NCBI RefSeq assembly: GCF_000007145.1 | Contig: NC_003902.1 | Span: forward strand, 3,176,497 to 3,208,496 | DNA: 32,000 nt | DNA from: Xanthomonas campestris pv. campestris str. ATCC 33913 | GTDB taxonomy: Bacteria > Pseudomonadota > Gammaproteobacteria > Xanthomonadales > Xanthomonadaceae | Direction of reading: 5' to 3' | Shown here: positions 17,652 through 24,528 of the stretch, in pieces | Position numbering within the stretch: position 1 is the first letter of the stretch | Layout: every line of letters starts with the position of its first letter | The notes under the pieces: generated by a model | Told to the model about the DNA's origin: nothing | The model's database searches: none | The model's input: only the letters and a program-made list of their open reading frames with translations | Made by a program: the position numbers and the translations under genes

Positions 17652-18560
17652 ATGAACTATCGCCACGCCTTCCATGCCGGCAACCACGCCGACGTGCTCA
17701 AGCACATCGCCTTGCTGGCGCTGATCGACACCCTCAAGCGCAAGGACACCCCGTTCTTCGTGCTGGACACCCACGCAGGCCGTGGCCGCTACCAGCTCGG
17801 TGGCGAAGAGAGCCGCAAGACCAACGAAGCCGATGCCGGCGTCATGCGGTTGATGGCCGAAGCCACGCTGCCGGAGGTGGTGGAGCGCTACCTGCGCGCG
17901 GTGCAGGCCGACAACGCCGCCGTCGCACGCCCCGCCGTGCCCGGCCAGAAAGCGGCCCGGCCCACTGCCGGCATCCAGATCAATCACTACCCCGGCTCGC
18001 CGTTGCTGGCGGCGCAGGCGCTGCGCGCGCAGGACCGCATGGCGTTCTGCGAACTGCAGCCCGACGAAGCCCAGGCGCTGAAGACCCTGTTCGCCAACGA
18101 CAGCCGCGTGCGTGTGCATGCGGGCGATGGCTATGCGGCGATCCGCGCCTTCCTGCCGCCGCGGGCCGGCGAGGTCAAGATCGGCCGCGGCCTGGTCCTG
18201 ATCGACCCGCCCTATGAATCACAGGGTGCCGAATACCCGCAGGTGATCGCCAGCGTGCGCGAAGCGCTGGCGCGTTGGCCGCAGGCGATCTGCATGGTGT
18301 GGTACCCGATCAAGCTGCGCCGCAGCCTGCAGCCCTTCATGCGCAAGGCCGCTGCGCTGCCGGCCAAGTCGGTGCTGATGGCCGAACTGCAGGTGCATCC
18401 GGACGATTCACCGCTGCGCCTGACCGGCAGCGGCCTGTTGATCGTCAATGCACCCTGGCAGTTCGACCAGGTGCTGGCCCCGGCGCTGCCCGCGCTCAAG
18501 GCGCACCTTGGCGAAGCCGGTGCCTCGACCCGGCTGGAGTGGCTGCGCCAGGAGGGCTAG
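17652..18560 (+). CDS. rlmJ: 23S rRNA (adenine2030-N6)-methyltransferase RlmJ
   Basis: MNYRHAFHAGNHADVLKHIALLALIDTLKRKDTPFFVLDTHAGRGRYQL parallels E. coli RlmJ MLSYRHSFHAGNHADVLKHTVQ...LDTHAGAGRYQL. YPGSPL, LIDPPYE and WYPI motifs are present. Start at ATG 17652, not the ORF-track 17574. Confidence 0.88.
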   Translation: MNYRHAFHAGNHADVLKHIALLALIDTLKRKDTPFFVLDTHAGRGRYQLGGEESRKTNEADAGVMRLMAEATLPEVVERYLRAVQADNAAVARPAVPGQKAARPTAGIQINHYPGSPLLAAQALRAQDRMAFCELQPDEAQALKTLFANDSRVRVHAGDGYAAIRAFLPPRAGEVKIGRGLVLIDPPYESQGAEYPQVIASVREALARWPQAICMVWYPIKLRRSLQPFMRKAAALPAKSVLMAELQVHPDDSPLRLTGSGLLIVNAPWQFDQVLAPALPALKAHLGEAGASTRLEWLRQEG

Positions 18561-18726
18561 GCCGCGTTGGCGCCCGGCGTCACGACTGGCTCACGGCATC
18601 GCTCGGTAGAGTGCCGTGGGAAGCACTGCCACCCCCGCATACGGCCCCCAGCGGCGCACCGGAATCATTCACGGTTGTGCGCTGGGCTGGTGCCAGAATC
18701 TTCCGATCTTCAAGGAACACCCGGTC

Positions 18727-19269
18727 ATGGCCATCCGCAATCGCATGCCTCCCTGGCATGAAAATTTCAGTCTGCCCAATGGCCGCACGCTTCTGCTTCG
18801 CCCGATCCGTCCCGAGGACGGCCCGCCGCTGCAGGGAGCCTTCAGCCTGTTGGGCCCGGAAGAGATCCGCGCCCGTTTCGTGCGCTCCTCGGCCGAAATC
18901 ACCCCCGAAATGGTGCAACGCCTCACCCACCCCAACCCCAAGAGCGAGATCGTGTTGGTGGCGGCCGAGCAGTTGCCGCCCGGCGAAGCGCTGGTGGGCG
19001 CCGTCGCACGTGCCGCGCTGGTGCCAGGCACCCGCCAGGCCGAATACACCATCCTGGTCAGCAGCTTTGTGGCCGGCCAGGGCCTGGGCCGCCAACTGAT
19101 GCGCAAACTGGTGAAGTGGGCGCGCCGCAAATACCTCGATTGCCTGTACGGCGACGTGCTGCAAAGCAACCTGCCGATGCTGCAGCTGGCCGAATCGCTG
19201 GGCTTCAAACCGCAGCCCCACCCGGATTCCCCGGAACTGGTGCGCATGGTGCTGGAGTTGGATGCTTGA
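18727..19269 (+). CDS. GNAT-family N-acetyltransferase
   Basis: Start chosen at ATG 18727 (MAIRNRMPPWHENFSLPNGRTLLLRPIRPED). The motif VSSFVAGQGLGRQLMRKLVKWAR is the acetyl-CoA pocket signature. Confidence 0.8.
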   Translation: MAIRNRMPPWHENFSLPNGRTLLLRPIRPEDGPPLQGAFSLLGPEEIRARFVRSSAEITPEMVQRLTHPNPKSEIVLVAAEQLPPGEALVGAVARAALVPGTRQAEYTILVSSFVAGQGLGRQLMRKLVKWARRKYLDCLYGDVLQSNLPMLQLAESLGFKPQPHPDSPELVRMVLELDA

Positions 19270-19303
19270 GGGGCGGGGATTGGGGATTCGGGAGTTGGGA
19301 TTC
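19270..19303 (+). repeat. G-tract heptamer repeats (GGGGATT-like x4) directly after the GNAT stop; G-quadruplex-capable
   Basis: GGGGCGGGGATTGGGGATTCGGGAGTTGGGATTCG has five G3-4 tracts separated by 1-4 nt. The heptads are GGGGATT (19275), GGGGATT (19282), CGGGAGT (19289) and TGGGATT (19296). Confidence 0.65.
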
Positions 19304-19474
19304 GTTTTGAAGCGGTTGCTGTGCGTGCTGGGTGTTCGCATGGCATGCCCTGTATTGCGGGACAGCACGTGAGTTCCCCCCGCCGGCCTGAGCGCCGCCC
19401 AAGGTTTCGCAAAGGCGCCGCCACAAGCCCCGATAACAGGTGACTTAGCGGGGCTAACAAAACGTAGCGAGCGG

Positions 19475-19561
19475 CCGTCAGGTGGGTGCGGCCGGCGTGG
19501 AGGAACCGGAATGTACGTGGGTAGATGCCGATTCCGAGCACCGGCCGCGCCCGCCTGGCGG
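19475..19561 (+). repeat. Long imperfect palindrome A (23-bp arms plus a 6-bp inner stem)
   Basis: 19475-19497 pairs with 19539-19561: 19 Watson-Crick pairs, 3 G-U pairs if read as plus-strand RNA, 1 C/A mismatch. The inner stem is CGGAAT (19507-19512) with ATTCCG (19531-19536). Confidence 0.65.
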
Positions 19562-19626
19562 ATGCGCAGTCGTTTTGATAGCTGCTCTTCGCCTGGCATC
19601 CCCAAAAAGCTGCCTGTACACCGTCA

Positions 19627-19735
19627 GGCGCGGTGTCCTCGCCGCTTGCGGGACCATGTGGCGGCATGGATGCCGCCACTGAGCTTCCATGGACGGATTC
19701 ACGGCGTGTCCCGCAAGCGGTGAGGGCACCGCGCC
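19627..19735 (+). repeat. Long imperfect palindrome B (27-bp arms plus a nested 10-bp palindrome)
   Basis: GGCGCGGTGTCCTCGCCGCTTGCGGGA (19627-19653) pairs with TCCCGCAAGCGGTGAGGGCACCGCGCC (19709-19735): 25 Watson-Crick pairs plus 2 G-U pairs in the plus sense. The nested palindrome is GTGGCGGCAT-GG-ATGCCGCCAC (19658-19679). Confidence 0.65.
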
Positions 19736-19970
19736 CTCGACCAACTAGGCTGTTGACTGCCAAGACGAGCAATCCCGCATACCTTGAAGCGCACTAGAGA
19801 ATGCGGATAGCCCAGTCGCAGCCCGCCTAAATCTGAAACGTCGCTGCAAGGCCCTTGCCAGCCATACCCATCGCACGACGCCGAAGCCCGGCAGGCTAAG
19901 CAGGCCAGGCCGGCAGCTTTCACGCCAGATGGACCGGCCCCCGGCGGCGCTCTGATAAAATCGCCGGCTG

Positions 19971-22900
19971 ATGCCGTCGCCTACCTTCCCTTCTCCGCCG
20001 CTGCCCAAGTCCGGCCAGCTCCGCGCCTACTGGCGCGCTCCGTCGTCTCCGACGGCCCTGGCCTGGTCGATTGCACGCGCTGCCGAAGCGCATGCCGGCC
20101 CGGTGCTGGTGATTGCCCGCGACAACCAGAGCGCGCATCAGATCGAAGCCGATCTGCACGCCCTGCTGGGTGACGCGTCCGCGCTGCCGGTGGTGCCGTT
20201 TCCCGATTGGGAAACCCTGCCCTACGACCAGTTCAGCCCGCACCCGGAGATCATCAGCCAGCGCCTGGCGGCCCTGCATCGCTTGCCCGGTTTGACCCGT
20301 GGCGTGGTGACCGTGCCGGTGCAGACCTTGCTGCAGCAGCTCGCGCCGCTGAGCTACATCGTCGGTGGCAGCTTCGATCTCACGGTTGGCCAGCGCCTGG
20401 ATCTGGACGCGGAAAAACGCTGCCTGGAAAGCGCCGGCTACCGCAACGTGCCGCAGGTGATGGACCCGGGCGATTTCGCGGTGCGCGGCGGCCTGCTGGA
20501 TGTATTTCCGATGGGCGCCGACACCCCGTTGCGCATCGAGCTGCTGGACGAGGATATCGATTCCATCCGCGCCTTCGACCCGGAATCGCAGCGCTCGCTG
20601 GACAAGGTGGACGCGGTCAAGATGCTGCCCGGCCGCGAAGTGCCGATGGACGATGCCAGCGTGGAGCGTGTGCTCGCCTGCCTGCGCGAACGCTTCGACG
20701 TGGATACGCGGCGCAGCGCGCTGTATCAGGATCTGAAGTCCGGCATCGCACCGTCGGGCGTCGAGTATTACCTGCCGATGTTCTTCAGCAAGACCGCCAC
20801 GCTGTTCGATTATCTGGACACGCGCGTGCTGCCGCTGATCGCCACCGGCGTCTCCAATGCCGCCGATGCCTTCTGGCTGCAGGCGCAAAACCGCTACGAG
20901 CAGCGCCGCCACGATGTGGAACGCCCGCTGCTGCCGCCCGATGAGCTGTACCAGTCACCGGATGCCTTGCGCGAGCGGCTCAACAAGCTGGCGCGCATCG
21001 AAGTGTGGCCGGCCGACCATCCGCGTATCGACGAGGCCGCGCCGCTGGGCGACCAGCCGTTGCCGCCGCTACCGGTCGCCGCCAAGGATGCGCCCGCCGG
21101 GCAGGCCCTGGCCTCGTTCCTGGGCCACTACCCGGGCCGGGTGCTGGTAGCCGCCGATTCGGCCGGCCGCCGTGAAGCCTTGATGGAAGTACTGGCCGCC
21201 GCGCAGTTGAAGCCGGACGTCGTGGCCGACCTGCCCGCGTTCCTGGCCGCGACCAAACTGCGCTTCGGCATCACCGTGGCGCCGCTGGAAGACGGCTTTG
21301 CATTGGACACGCCGCAGATTGCGGTGCTGACCGAGCGCCAGTTGTTCCCGGAGCGGGCCAACCAACCGCGCCGCACGCGCCGCGTGGGCCGCGAGCCGGA
21401 AGCGATCATCCGCGACCTGGGCGAGCTCTCCGAAGGCGCGCCGATCGTGCATGAAGACCACGGCGTGGGCCGCTACCGCGGCCTCATCGTGCTCGACGCC
21501 GGCGGCATGCCTGGCGAGTTTCTGGAAATCGAATACGCCAAGGGCGACCGGCTGTATGTGCCGGTGGCGCAGCTGCACTTGATCAGCCGCTATTCCGGTG
21601 CCTCGGCCGACACAGCGCCGCTGCATTCGCTGGGTGGCGAGCAGTGGACCAAGGCCAAGCGCAAGGCCGCCGAAAAAGTGCGCGATGTCGCCGCCGAATT
21701 GCTGGAAATCCAGGCGCGCCGCCGCGCGCGCGCAGGCCTGGCCCTGCAGGTGGACCGCGCGATGTACGAACCATTCGCGGCGGGCTTTCCGTTCGAGGAA
21801 ACCACCGACCAGTTGGCCGCGATCGATGCCACCTTGCGCGATCTGGGCAGCAGCCAGCCGATGGACCGCGTGGTCTGCGGCGATGTCGGCTTCGGCAAGA
21901 CCGAGGTCGCGGTGCGCGCCGCGTTCGCCGCGGCCAGTGCCGGCAAGCAGGTCGCCGTGCTGGTGCCGACCACGCTGCTGGCCGAACAGCATTACCGCAA
22001 CTTCCGCGACCGCTTCGCCGACTACCCGATGAAGGTGGAAGTGCTGTCGCGCTTCAAGAGCACCAAGGAGATCAAGGCCGAGCTGGAAAAAGTGGCCAGC
22101 GGCGATATCGACGTGATCATCGGCACGCACCGACTGCTGCAGCCGGACGTGAAGTTCAAGGATCTCGGCCTGGTCGTGGTCGACGAAGAACAGCGCTTCG
22201 GCGTGCGTCAGAAAGAAGCGCTCAAGGCGATGCGCGCCAACGTGCATCTACTCACGCTCACCGCCACGCCGATCCCGCGCACGCTCAACATGGCCATGGC
22301 CGGGCTGCGCGATCTGTCCATCATCGCTACGCCGCCGCCGAACCGGCTCGCGGTGCAGACCTTCATCACCGCCTGGGACAACACCCTGCTGCGCGAGGCG
22401 TTCCAGCGCGAACTCAGTCGCGGTGGCCAGCTGTATTTCCTGCACAACGATGTGGAAAGCATCGTGCGCATGCAGCGCGACCTCTCCGAGCTGGTGCCGG
22501 AAGCGCGCATCGGCATCGCGCATGGGCAGATGCCCGAGCGCGAGCTGGAACGGGTGATGCTGGATTTCCAGAAGCAGCGCTTCAACGTGCTGCTGTCGAC
22601 CACGATCATCGAATCGGGCATCGACATTCCCAACGCCAACACCATCATCATCAATCGTGCCGATCGCTTTGGCTTGGCACAGTTGCATCAGTTGCGTGGC
22701 CGCGTCGGTCGCTCGCATCACCGCGCCTACGCATATCTGGTGGTGCCGGACCGCCGCTCGATGACCTCCGATGCAGAAAAGCGCCTGGAAGCGATTGCCT
22801 CCATGGACGAACTGGGCGCCGGCTTCACCCTGGCCACGCACGATCTGGAGATTCGTGGTGCCGGCGAGCTGCTGGGCGAGGACCAGAGCGGGCAGATGGC

Positions 22901-23438
22901 CGAGGTGGGTTTCAGCCTGTACACCGAACTGCTGGAACGCGCGGTGCGCAGCATCCGCCAGGGCAAGCTGCCCGACCTGGATGCCGGCGAAGAAGTGCGC
23001 GGCGCCGAGGTGGAACTGCACGTGGCCTCGCTGATTCCCGAGGACTACCTGCCGGATGTACACACGCGCCTGACGCTGTACAAGCGCATTTCCAGTGCCC
23101 GCGACAGCGATGCCTTGCGCGAGTTGCAGGTGGAAATGATCGACCGCTTCGGCCTGCTGCCGGACCCGGTCAAGCACCTGTTCGCGATCGCCGAGCTCAA
23201 GTTGCAGGCCAATGCCTTGGGCGTGCGCAAGCTGGATCTTGGCGAGAATGGCGGCCGGCTGGTGTTCGAGGCAAAGCCGTCGATCGACCCGATGACCGTG
23301 ATCCAGATGATCCAGAAGCAGCCGAAGATCTACACCATGGACGGCCCGGACAAACTGCGCATCAAGCTGCCGTTGCCCGAGGCTGCCGACCGCTTCAAGG
23401 CGGCACGTGGGCTGTTGACGGCCCTGGCACCGCGCTGA
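19971..23438 (+). CDS. mfd: Transcription-repair coupling factor
   Basis: 1155 aa. Superfamily-2 helicase motifs GDVGFGKTEVA (Walker A), VVDEEQRFG (DEEQ box) and LTLTATPIPRTL. The C-terminal TRCF domain and the length match Mfd. Confidence 0.97.
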   Translation: MPSPTFPSPPLPKSGQLRAYWRAPSSPTALAWSIARAAEAHAGPVLVIARDNQSAHQIEADLHALLGDASALPVVPFPDWETLPYDQFSPHPEIISQRLAALHRLPGLTRGVVTVPVQTLLQQLAPLSYIVGGSFDLTVGQRLDLDAEKRCLESAGYRNVPQVMDPGDFAVRGGLLDVFPMGADTPLRIELLDEDIDSIRAFDPESQRSLDKVDAVKMLPGREVPMDDASVERVLACLRERFDVDTRRSALYQDLKSGIAPSGVEYYLPMFFSKTATLFDYLDTRVLPLIATGVSNAADAFWLQAQNRYEQRRHDVERPLLPPDELYQSPDALRERLNKLARIEVWPADHPRIDEAAPLGDQPLPPLPVAAKDAPAGQALASFLGHYPGRVLVAADSAGRREALMEVLAAAQLKPDVVADLPAFLAATKLRFGITVAPLEDGFALDTPQIAVLTERQLFPERANQPRRTRRVGREPEAIIRDLGELSEGAPIVHEDHGVGRYRGLIVLDAGGMPGEFLEIEYAKGDRLYVPVAQLHLISRYSGASADTAPLHSLGGEQWTKAKRKAAEKVRDVAAELLEIQARRRARAGLALQVDRAMYEPFAAGFPFEETTDQLAAIDATLRDLGSSQPMDRVVCGDVGFGKTEVAVRAAFAAASAGKQVAVLVPTTLLAEQHYRNFRDRFADYPMKVEVLSRFKSTKEIKAELEKVASGDIDVIIGTHRLLQPDVKFKDLGLVVVDEEQRFGVRQKEALKAMRANVHLLTLTATPIPRTLNMAMAGLRDLSIIATPPPNRLAVQTFITAWDNTLLREAFQRELSRGGQLYFLHNDVESIVRMQRDLSELVPEARIGIAHGQMPERELERVMLDFQKQRFNVLLSTTIIESGIDIPNANTIIINRADRFGLAQLHQLRGRVGRSHHRAYAYLVVPDRRSMTSDAEKRLEAIASMDELGAGFTLATHDLEIRGAGELLGEDQSGQMAEVGFSLYTELLERAVRSIRQGKLPDLDAGEEVRGAEVELHVASLIPEDYLPDVHTRLTLYKRISSARDSDALRELQVEMIDRFGLLPDPVKHLFAIAELKLQANALGVRKLDLGENGGRLVFEAKPSIDPMTVIQMIQKQPKIYTMDGPDKLRIKLPLPEAADRFKAARGLLTALAPR

Positions 23439-23448
23439 GGGGTTGCAC

Positions 23449-23479
23449 CGTGCAATGCGCCCTGCTGGGGCGCACTGCA
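23449..23479 (+). terminator. Hairpin 11 nt after the mfd stop (terminator-like, no U tract)
   Basis: GTGCAATGCGCCC (23449-23461) pairs with GGGCGCACTGCAC (23467-23479): a 13-bp stem with one mismatch and a 5-nt loop. Confidence 0.4.
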
Positions 23480-24053
23480 CGGGCACGCTGCAGCTGTGGT
23501 GTTGAAGGCCGCGCACGCACTGTGCAACGCGCCGACGGTAATCAGCGATCTACCTTGGCCTGTTTTGGCGCATTGAATGCCCAGTGCAAGGCACTGCCCG
23601 CCAGCATCGCAGGCACAAACCACGATTGAACCCAGCGCCTGATCGCGGTGCATCTGTACTGCGCGATCATGAAAGCGTGCAGCGGCAATCGCCTGCAGCA
23701 GAGCAGCGCAACCGAGCAAGCTGCGTTTCGCAAAACCGCGCTGCGCGTTGGCCGCACTCTATACAGACGCAGACATGGGCAATGAGTGCTGCTCGCCGCG
23801 GAACCTTGTGTCAGACATCCATGTCAGCCATCACTAGCGTGCTCAACAGGCAGGCTTTTCGCATGCACAGCAATCACGCATGCCTTGAAACTGCATGCGC
23901 CTTTGATGGCAACCAAAACACCATGCCGTCGCAGCGCTCGCTTAAAAGCAGACTCAGCCGACAAGCAGCACGAATCACGTCATCGCAAACCTGAGCGGTT
24001 AACGCCCACGCAGTGATGCGCATCGCAAATCGGCCGCTTGGCTGAATTCGGCC

Positions 24054-24079
24054 TAAATATTTCTGTCACGCGCCGATAC
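24054..24079 (+). promoter_or_regulatory. Candidate sigma28 (FliA)-type promoter upstream of the chemosensory operon
   Basis: TAAA (24054-24057), a 14-nt spacer, GCCGATAC (24072-24079). The enterobacterial consensus is TAAA-N15-GCCGATAA. It lies about 110 nt upstream of the STAS ATG (24190). Motif match only. Confidence 0.4.
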
Positions 24080-24189
24080 CTGCATAGACCGACACGACTT
24101 GGGCTTACTTGGTAGCGCGTGAAGCCGATGTCGAGGTGAGAACTTCTCCGCGTCATGCCACGCACGTGTCATCGCTTCACGAGGCCGCA

Positions 24190-24519
24190 ATGGACATCTT
24201 TTCGTTGGATCTACCCGCCCCGCTCACGCTTGCCCTCGAAGGCGAGATGACCATCCGTCGCGCTGCCGAGCTCAAGCCATTGCTGCAGCCGGCGCTGGCG
24301 CATCCGGGTGGCGTGCGTCTGGACCTGGCTGCGGTCAGCGAGATCGACACCACTGGCCTGCAGCTGCTGCTCGCCACCAAGCAGGCGGTGCAGGCTGACG
24401 GACGCCCGTTTGTGTTGACCGACTCAAGCCGCGCCGTGGTCGATGTGATCGAACTGCTGGGCCTGCTGGAAGCGCTGTACCCGCACGCCGCCACCGGTCT
24501 GGGCGAACGAATTCATTAA
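24190..24519 (+). CDS. STAS-domain protein (anti-sigma-factor-antagonist / MlaB-like fold), first gene of the chemosensory operon
   Basis: Start chosen at ATG 24190 (GAGG at 24181-24184): MDIFSLDLPAPLTLALEGEMTIRRAAELKPLL...VRLDLAAVSEIDTTGLQLLLATKQAV. The motif DLxxVxxIDttGLqLLL is the STAS signature, with Thr-Thr where SpoIIAA/RsbV have the phosphorylatable Ser. 109 aa. Confidence 0.8.
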   Translation: MDIFSLDLPAPLTLALEGEMTIRRAAELKPLLQPALAHPGGVRLDLAAVSEIDTTGLQLLLATKQAVQADGRPFVLTDSSRAVVDVIELLGLLEALYPHAATGLGERIH

Positions 24520-24528
24520 CACGGACAG

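Noticed and set aside
18561-19269. The GNAT gene as a possible GNAT-toxin/antitoxin (TacT/AtaT-like) pair
   Set aside because: There is no small upstream or downstream ORF (RHH/DUF1778-type) in the 166-nt upstream gap or after the stop. Its N-terminal extension also does not look like those of the tRNA-acetylating toxins.
19304-19970. Possible tmRNA, RNase P RNA, SRP RNA, 6S RNA or tRNA in the spacer upstream of mfd
   Set aside because: I looked on both strands for hallmark strings and found none. These were the tmRNA tag-coding region and T-arm/CCA end, RNase P GAGGAAAGUCCGG and ACAGAACCCGGCUUA, the SRP GGAAGCAGCC-type helix 8, and the tRNA GGTTCGAnTCC T-loops. A covariance-model scan would still be the decisive test.
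19950-19970. TAAAAT -10-like hexamer (19955-19960) 10 nt before the mfd ATG, suggesting a near-leaderless transcript
   Set aside because: There is no acceptable -35 at 16-18 nt (ACCGGC), and a single AT-rich hexamer is weak evidence. I left it unannotated pending TSS data.
19920-23516. Minus-strand ORFs 19920..20912, 21069..22247 and 22248..23516, and the plus-strand frame 21644..23629
   Set aside because: All overlap mfd, whose frame has helicase and TRCF motifs along its full length. The alternatives are shadow or off-frame ORFs.
23584-23994. 136-aa plus-strand ORF (and the minus-strand ORFs 23330..23719 and 23542..23757) in the mfd-STAS spacer
   Set aside because: Third-position GC is far below that of neighbouring genes, composition is R/S/Q-rich, and there is no Shine-Dalgarno or motif. 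I treated the region as non-coding (see the spacer finding).
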